Shown piece after piece: positions 57,831-64,000 of a stretch of 64,000 bases of DNA (its first letter is position 1; each line of letters opens with the position of its first letter). The stretch comes from an uncultured delta proteobacterium (lineage in GTDB: Bacteria; Myxococcota; UBA727; VGSZ01), in NCBI GenBank assembly GCA_963775425.1, contig CAVZJB010000018.1, positions 32,001 to 96,000 on the forward strand, written 5' to 3'. Under the pieces are notes generated by a model, which ran no database searches, was not told where the DNA came from, and saw nothing but the letters and a program-made list of their open reading frames with translations. The position numbers and the translations under genes were made by a program.

Positions 57831-58292
57831 GTGGCCTTGATGCGCAAAGAGGACGTCACCGCTCAAGCGGCCGCCATCGCCGTGGGGCAGACCCACACGA
57901 TTCTCGGCCCGGAGGCCGCGTTCGACGGCAAGCTCACGTTCCAGGGCGCCGTCCGGATCGACGGCAAGTTCTCCGGCGAGATCGTCACCGACGACGTCCT
58001 CGTCGTGGGCGAGAGCGCCGAGGTCACCGCGACCATCCGCGTGGGCTCGTTGATCCTGAACGGGCTCCTGCGCGGCAACGTCCACGCGAAGAAGGCGGTC
58101 GAGCTCCACGCGCCCGCCCGCCTCTACGGCGACATCGAGTGCCCGCAGCTCGTCATCCACTCCGGCGTCACCTTCGAGGGCCACTGCAAGATGGAGAACA
58201 TCGGGCGGTCCGAGAAGGGTCCCGAGATCTTGAAGGCCGTGCCGCCGCCCGCCGACGCCGCGAAGGCCGCGAACCCGCCCGCCAAGACCTGA
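57831..58292 (+). CDS. Bactofilin (polymer-forming cytoskeletal protein), BacM-like by synteny
   Basis: FDGKLTFQGAVRIDGKFSGEI...GVTFEGHCKM; GGAGGA RBS; directly downstream of parAB. Confidence 0.92.
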   Translation: MALMRKEDVTAQAAAIAVGQTHTILGPEAAFDGKLTFQGAVRIDGKFSGEIVTDDVLVVGESAEVTATIRVGSLILNGLLRGNVHAKKAVELHAPARLYGDIECPQLVIHSGVTFEGHCKMENIGRSEKGPEILKAVPPPADAAKAANPPAKT

Positions 58293-58356
58293 CGCAGGCG
58301 ACGGGCCCGCGCGGCCGGCGGCCCGCCTCAGGCCCGCCAGGCCAAAACCGAAATCG

Positions 58357-59565
58357 TCACAGGTGGTCCGCGGCCCAGCGGAGCCAGCCGTCGGCGTCGC
58401 CGTCCGGCTCCTGCTCGGCGGCGGCGGACCAGGCCGCGGGGCTCAGGGCGAAGAGCTCGTCGTGGGCGTCCCGGAGGGAGAGCGCCCACGCGGGGGCGCG
58501 GACGAGCGCCAGGGCGCGGGCTTCGGGTGACTCCGGGGTCCATGGCGGGGCCGCGAGCGTCGCGGTCAACGCCGCGCCCGGGTCGCCGCCGAGGGCGGGG
58601 GCCAGGGCGTCGCGGGCGCCGTCGAGGTCGTCGAGCAAGGCCGCCGCGGCCAGCGCACGGGCGCGGAGCAGGCCCGCGGCGACGGCGACGCGCGCCGCGC
58701 GCTCCGCCGTCGCCCGCCCGACCCCGCAGGCGCGGCGCGCCGGGGCCGCAGCGAGCCCCAGGGCCATCGCGAGGCCGGCGGTCTCCGCGCCGCGCAGGCC
58801 GCGCCCCGCGGCGAGCGCAACGGCGCCTGCCTCGAGCGTGCGCATGTGGCGGTCGAAGCGCGCGATGCGCGGCGGCTCGAGGAAGGTCGCGGCGTCGCCG
58901 TCGTCGACGGCGGCGCCGGCCATGGCCCGCGGCCCGCGCAGCCGGGTGACCTTGCGGCACGGCCGCGCGGCGTCGCGGGCCGCGCGCAGGAGCGCCAGCG
59001 TGGAACCCTCGGCGAAGGTCCCTTCGGCGTCGGGGAGATCGAGGGCGCGGGCCAGGGCAGGGGGATCCTCGGGGGCCTCGCCGCCGAGCGTGCCGAGCGC
59101 GCCGCGGGCGGCGTCACGAAGGGCCACGGTGTCGGCGAGGAACGCCTCGAGGACGCGCCGCCCCTCGCCCTCGGCGCCGATTCGATAGGTGGTAAACTGA
59201 TGAAATGAGGACCAGGCGTCGTCGACGCTCGCGCGCAGCGGCTTGTGCGCGCGCCGCTCCTCCTTGCGCTCCAGCAGGCGCTCGGCGTCGTCGAGGCTCA
59301 GGCGCGACCCGTCCGCGAGGATGACGGGCGCGCCCTCGGCGGCGAGCGCGGCCTCGACCCTCCCCGGCAGCGCCGCGAGCGCCGGGCCCAGGGCCAGGGC
59401 GACGGCGGCGTCGGCGTCGCCGCCGGCGGCGCGGGCGGCGAGCTCCTCTTCGGCGGCCCGGTCGAGCGCTGTCGCGGGGGCGGGCGCGCCGCGCAGCACC
59501 GCGAGCACCGTGCGGGCCCACTCGCGGTGGGCGGAGTCGGCGACGCCGGGCTCGCGCGAAGCCAC
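58357..59565 (-). CDS. Hypothetical Ala-rich protein
   Basis: Long ORF starting 3 bp after the kinase stop; no catalytic motif seen. Confidence 0.6.
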   Translation of the reverse strand: MASREPGVADSAHREWARTVLAVLRGAPAPATALDRAAEEELAARAAGGDADAAVALALGPALAALPGRVEAALAAEGAPVILADGSRLSLDDAERLLERKEERRAHKPLRASVDDAWSSFHQFTTYRIGAEGEGRRVLEAFLADTVALRDAARGALGTLGGEAPEDPPALARALDLPDAEGTFAEGSTLALLRAARDAARPCRKVTRLRGPRAMAGAAVDDGDAATFLEPPRIARFDRHMRTLEAGAVALAAGRGLRGAETAGLAMALGLAAAPARRACGVGRATAERAARVAVAAGLLRARALAAAALLDDLDGARDALAPALGGDPGAALTATLAAPPWTPESPEARALALVRAPAWALSLRDAHDELFALSPAAWSAAAEQEPDGDADGWLRWAADHL

Positions 59566-59568
59566 CCT

Positions 59569-61917
59569 TCAGGTCCCGAAGAAGAGGCGCTGGTGCTCGA
59601 GAACGCGGTTGCGCATCTCCGCGGTGCGCGAGGCGATGGTGTCGTCGAGCAACTGTTTCAACTGCGGCTGCCGCTCGAGGATGTCGAGGAGCTCGCGGCG
59701 GTCGATCTTGAAGAGGCTCACCTCGCCCATGGCCCGCACGCTCACCGTGCGCGGCGTCCCCTTCAGCGCGGCGATCTCTCCGAAGAACTGCCCCTGGCCG
59801 AGCTTGTTGATGAAGATCGGCGTGCCCTTCTGGTCTTGCCGGAACACCTCCACCTCGCCGCGCTTGATGAAGTAGAGGTGGTCGTTGAGGGTGCCCTCTT
59901 CGACGACGAGCTGCTCGTCTGCGTAGTCGACGAGCACGCTGCGCTCGAGCAGCGCGCGCCGGTCGTGCGCCTCGAGCAACGAGAACACCGGGCTCTTGGC
60001 CATCATCAGCTCGACGACGCGCTCCTTGTAGAACTGCAGGAGCGGCTCGGTGAAGTGCGGGTCCGCCCGGCACAGCTCGTCGACGGCGCCGCGGTCGATC
60101 TCGAGGAGCAGCGAGTCCGTGATCGCCTCCACCGTGGCGCTGCGCGGGCGCTCGGCGAGGAAGCTGAACTCGCCGAAGAAGTCGCCGTCGGCGAGGCCGG
60201 CCAGATAGACGCGGCTGTTGCGCTCATGGCTGTTCTTCAGCTTGGCGATGGCCGCCTCGACGCTGGTCGCGCCGTCGAAGTCTTCGTCGACGGTGTGGGC
60301 GTTGATGTCGCTCTCCGTGCCCGGGCGGCAGTACACCACGAGCCGCCCGCGGCCGACCGCGAACAGGGAATCGCCGGCGTCACCCTCGCGGATGACCACC
60401 TCGCCGGGGCGCACCCGACGCACGCGCAGGGCGTTGGCCACGCGCGCGAGCTCGAGCGGGCCGAGGGAGCCGAACAGCGGCGTGGCCATCGCGGGAAAAG
60501 GCGCGACCTCGGCGTCGGAGCCGAGGCCCTCGGGGTCGGCGCGCTGCACGATGCGCCAGAAGTCGTGGCGGTCGAACGTCTGCAGGAGCTCGAGCAGCTC
60601 CGCGCGGTTGCCGGCGGAGAGGTCGCCGAGCGCGATGAGGTCGATGCGCACCTCGGCGGCGGTGAGGAGCCGCCGCGCGCCGTCGTACGCGCACAGCGCC
60701 TGCACCAGCAGCCCCCGGTGCGCGAAGATGGCGGCGGCCGTGCGAGACGCGCTCACGGCGTGCGCCTCGAGGTCGAGCTCCTGGTAGCGCTCGCCGATGG
60801 CGACGAGCGTCCACAGATCGGGCTCGGCGTGCAGCTCCTCGAGCAGCCGGTTGAGCTGCTTGTCGTCGGGGGCCTCGATGGCGACGCGATCGGTCTCCCC
60901 GCTGTTGGCGCGCACCGCGTTTCGCGACGGGCGCATGCGGGCGGTGTCGTCGTCCCAGGCGAGCTGCGCGAGGGTGCCGGCGAGGTCGGCCTCGGCGAAG
61001 GCGTGGGAGCCGGCCCCTGCGCGGGCGTTGGGGGCGCGCACGGGGTGGTCGCGCAGCCACGCGCCGAGCTCGTCGGCCATGGCGTGGGCCGAGCTGTAGC
61101 GCGCGCCCGGATCGCGCTGCAGCGCCGTCATCACGATGCGATCGAGCGTGGGCGGCACCGACGGCGTCTTCTTCGACGGCGGCGGGATGACGTCGTGCAC
61201 CACGCGCTGGATGGTGGCGAGCGGCGTCTCGTCGGCGAACAGGCGCTCGCCCGAGAGCATCTCGTGGAGGATGACGCCGAGCGCCCACACGTCGGTGGCG
61301 TAGCTGACGGGCTTGCCCGTGGCCTGCTCCGGGGCCATGTACGCGGCCTTGCCGAGCACCGTCCCCGGGGAGGTGAGCGTGAGCTTGTGGCGCGCGGCGG
61401 CGATGCCGAAGTCGGTGAGCTTCACCTGCCCCGTCGACGACAGCAGCACGTTTTGCGGGGAGACGTCGCGGTGCACGATGCCGAGCGGGCGCCCGTTGTG
61501 GTCCCGCAGCGTGTGCGCGTGGTGCGCGCCGTTGCACATCTCCCGGACGATGAACGCCGACACGGTGTGGTCGACGCCCTGGGCGCGCTGCAGGTGCGAG
61601 CGCATGAGCGCAGCGAGGTCGGTGCCGTCGACGTACTCGATGGCCATGTAATAGACGCCTTCGTGCTGCCCGAAGTCGTAGAGCTTCACGATGTTTCTGT
61701 GATCGAGGCCGATGGTGATGCGGGCCTCGTCGATGAACATCGACACGAAGGTGAGGTCGCGGGAGTACTGGGGCAGGATCCGCTTGATGACGCAGGTGCG
61801 GTTGACGCCGCCGAAGTTCAGCGAGCGCGCCAACAAGATCTCCGCCATGCCGCCGATGGCGATGCGCTCGAGGATCTCGTAGCGCCCGAAGACCTCGTTG
61901 TGCTCGCCGTCCGGCAC
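59569..61917 (-). CDS. Ser/Thr protein kinase with two C-terminal cyclic-nucleotide-binding domains
   Basis: GGMAEI, HRDVSPQN, DFG and YMAPEQ motifs; FFGEFSFL..RPRSAT and FFGEIAAL..TPRTVSV. Confidence 0.92.
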   Translation of the reverse strand: MPDGEHNEVFGRYEILERIAIGGMAEILLARSLNFGGVNRTCVIKRILPQYSRDLTFVSMFIDEARITIGLDHRNIVKLYDFGQHEGVYYMAIEYVDGTDLAALMRSHLQRAQGVDHTVSAFIVREMCNGAHHAHTLRDHNGRPLGIVHRDVSPQNVLLSSTGQVKLTDFGIAAARHKLTLTSPGTVLGKAAYMAPEQATGKPVSYATDVWALGVILHEMLSGERLFADETPLATIQRVVHDVIPPPSKKTPSVPPTLDRIVMTALQRDPGARYSSAHAMADELGAWLRDHPVRAPNARAGAGSHAFAEADLAGTLAQLAWDDDTARMRPSRNAVRANSGETDRVAIEAPDDKQLNRLLEELHAEPDLWTLVAIGERYQELDLEAHAVSASRTAAAIFAHRGLLVQALCAYDGARRLLTAAEVRIDLIALGDLSAGNRAELLELLQTFDRHDFWRIVQRADPEGLGSDAEVAPFPAMATPLFGSLGPLELARVANALRVRRVRPGEVVIREGDAGDSLFAVGRGRLVVYCRPGTESDINAHTVDEDFDGATSVEAAIAKLKNSHERNSRVYLAGLADGDFFGEFSFLAERPRSATVEAITDSLLLEIDRGAVDELCRADPHFTEPLLQFYKERVVELMMAKSPVFSLLEAHDRRALLERSVLVDYADEQLVVEEGTLNDHLYFIKRGEVEVFRQDQKGTPIFINKLGQGQFFGEIAALKGTPRTVSVRAMGEVSLFKIDRRELLDILERQPQLKQLLDDTIASRTAEMRNRVLEHQRLFFGT

Positions 61918-62035
61918 ACCACCCCCGCTCCCGCGAACTGTAGCGCACGCCTGCTTCACTGGCACGAATGCTGCCCAAAGCGGCCGCGGGGCACGCACCG
62001 GAAACACCGCGACCGACTTTCACGGGGTTGCGAGG

Positions 62036-62044
62036 TTTTCCACA
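62036..62044 (+). promoter_or_regulatory. Consensus DnaA box
   Basis: TTTTCCACA matches TTWTNCACA, in a divergent intergenic region; single site. Confidence 0.4.
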
Positions 62045-62166
62045 GCTTTCCCCCGCAGCCGCCGGCCACGCACGCACATCGACGTCGACACGCGCGCGGA
62101 TCGACGTCGACAAAGGGTTGATCCCGAACGCTGAGACGATCCAGGGTGCCCTTCCCGAGGAGCCCC

Positions 62167-64000
62167 ATGGTCGACGTCGCCGACGCGCTGCAGGATCTCG
62201 CCGAAGAGGCGAGCGACGCGCCGGCCCGGCCGAAGGCGGCGGCCAAGCTCACGCTCGCGGACATCGAGCGCCTCGTCGCCGCCGAGAGCCTGGACCTCCC
62301 CGCCGCGATCCGCTCCTACCTCGCCGCGCCCGACGTGGAGCCCGCGAAGAAGCCCGCCGACTTCGTCAGCGTCGACACCCTCCGGCGCCAGCTCGCCGCC
62401 GCTCGTCGACGTCGCCACAAGCAGCAGCGCAAGGAGGCGAGCACCGAAGCGTGGCGCAAATTCATGCAGCAGCGCGCGCTGCCCGAGCGCATGAAGCTCG
62501 CGGACATCGTCGTCGCCCTCCACGAAAGCGGCAGCGAAGCCTCGCGCGCGCTCCTCGTGCGCATCGCGCGCGAGGCGCCGTTGTCCATCGGGTTGTGGGG
62601 CGGCGTGAAGCGCGTGTGGAAGCGCGCGGAGCAGCGCTTCGACGTCCTGCTGTGGGCGGCGCTCACCGCCGCCATCGAGCACAACGCCGGGGTCGGCGAC
62701 GACGTCGGCCCCGGCACCCGCCGCTACGTCTCGCGCCGCGCGTGGCGCACGCTGCGCGACCTCGGGCGCGCGTCGCCCGAGATGTTCCCGACCGCGGCCG
62801 CCGAGCTGCTGCGCCACTACACCTCGTGGGGCACCGTGATCTCGCGCGTGATGTACCTGCGGCCGTCGGACCCGCTCTACGCCACGTGGAAGACGTCGCC
62901 CGAGCCCCTGTGGCGCCTCGTCGAGGGCGCGCAGATCGAGGCCGTCGCCCGCTTCGCCGCCGACGCGCTGCGAAAGCTCCACGCCGACGCGCTGCGCGCG
63001 CTCCCGCCGGCGCGCCTCGCCCGCCTGGTCGAGCGCGAGCCGGCGCTGTCGGCGGCGCACGAGCTGTTCCTCGAGCTCGTCGAGAAGTCTCCGAGCCTGC
63101 CGAAGGCCAAGCTGCGCGAAGCCGGCCTGCACGACGCCGCGCTCGCGCTGTTGTTCTCGCCGTCGCAGCAGGCGCGGGTGTGGGCCGTCGAGTACGCGCG
63201 CGCCCACGCCGACGACCTCGCCGTCGACGCCGTGGTCGCCCTCGTCGAGCGCGGCCAGGGCGAGGTGCAGCAGCTCGGACTGCAGCTTCTCGAGCCCGTG
63301 CCGGCGGCAACGCTCGACATCGACGTGCTCGCGCGCCTCCTCGACGTCGCCGCGGCGGTCCCGCTGGTCGACAAGAAGCTGCGCGCGCGGCTCGACGCCG
63401 TCGACGAGGAGGCGCGCACCGCGTTCCTCGTGCGCTGCGCGCTGACGGGCGCCGCGCAGGCGAAGTTCGTGTCTGCGGGGGCCACCAGCGCCGAGGTGTG
63501 GCTGCGCGTGCTCGAGGACGAGCGCTGCGACAACCGCCTCGCCGAGCTCGCGCTGCGTCAACTCGGCGCGCAAAACGGCGGTGACCCCGTCGCCGTCGTC
63601 GACGCCGCGCGCCTCCTCACGCTGGTGGCGCACAAGCCGCAGCACGCGGCGGTGGTGGGCGCGCTGTTCGACAAGGCCGCGCGCGCCAACGAGCTCGACG
63701 TCGAGCGCGCCAAGGGGCTCGTGTTCCCGTCGAAGACGCGCGCGTTCGCCCTGCGCGTGCTCGGCAACCGCAAGCTCGTGCGGCCGCTCGACCTCGGGCT
63801 GCCCTGGCTCCTGGCGCTCGCCAAGCGCGCGGACCCCGACCTGCACCGCTTCGCCTACGCCACGCTCCTCGAGCACACGCGCCCCGAGGACTTCGCCCCC
63901 GCGGCAGGCGGCGACGGCGACGCCGGCGCGCGCGGCGTCGAGCGGCTGTTCCACATGGCGACGGGCGCGGCGGAGAGCGACAACACCCGCGGCTTCGCGC
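62167..64000 (+). CDS. Large alpha-helical (HEAT-repeat-like) hypothetical protein, 5' part only; missing from the ORF track because it runs off the window
   Basis: GAGGAG RBS and ATG at 62167 (MVDVADALQD..); frame appears open to the end; TRRYVSRRAWRTLRDLG motif. Confidence 0.8.
   Translation, partial: MVDVADALQDLAEEASDAPARPKAAAKLTLADIERLVAAESLDLPAAIRSYLAAPDVEPAKKPADFVSVDTLRRQLAAARRRRHKQQRKEASTEAWRKFMQQRALPERMKLADIVVALHESGSEASRALLVRIAREAPLSIGLWGGVKRVWKRAEQRFDVLLWAALTAAIEHNAGVGDDVGPGTRRYVSRRAWRTLRDLGRASPEMFPTAAAELLRHYTSWGTVISRVMYLRPSDPLYATWKTSPEPLWRLVEGAQIEAVARFAADALRKLHADALRALPPARLARLVEREPALSAAHELFLELVEKSPSLPKAKLREAGLHDAALALLFSPSQQARVWAVEYARAHADDLAVDAVVALVERGQGEVQQLGLQLLEPVPAATLDIDVLARLLDVAAAVPLVDKKLRARLDAVDEEARTAFLVRCALTGAAQAKFVSAGATSAEVWLRVLEDERCDNRLAELALRQLGAQNGGDPVAVVDAARLLTLVAHKPQHAAVVGALFDKAARANELDVERAKGLVFPSKTRAFALRVLGNRKLVRPLDLGLPWLLALAKRADPDLHRFAYATLLEHTRPEDFAPAAGGDGDAGARGVERLFHMATGAAESDNTRGFA

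Overview
Very GC-rich bacterial chromosomal DNA, most consistent with a myxobacterium (Myxococcota). The evidence is MYXO-CTERM-like and (Gly-Glu)n surface proteins, eukaryote-like Ser/Thr kinases, and the parA-parB-bactofilin order. The right third is origin-proximal: dnaN, a candidate oriC-like spacer, comEA, dtd, rsmG, parS sites, parA, parB and a bactofilin. The left two thirds carry housekeeping genes (miaE, ttcA, tRNA-His, yitJ-type methionine synthase), signalling genes (adenylate cyclase, PP2C-cNMP phosphatase, LMW phosphatase, FHA), cell-wall enzymes and Cys-rich surface proteins. The most structured non-coding signal is the 5' end of a truncated IS110 element. It folds into two bridge-RNA-like loops whose guides pair with the element's own end and with the flanking repeat it appears to have inserted into. 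Other highlights: a TerB-TerB-(M48/TerB)-DUF4265 operon, a bacterial cereblon-like gene between tRNA-His and ttcA, a Fur-box-controlled outer-membrane protein plus cytochrome c pair, and a frameshifted integrin/somatomedin-B adhesin. All calls come from reading the sequence by eye; no searches were run.
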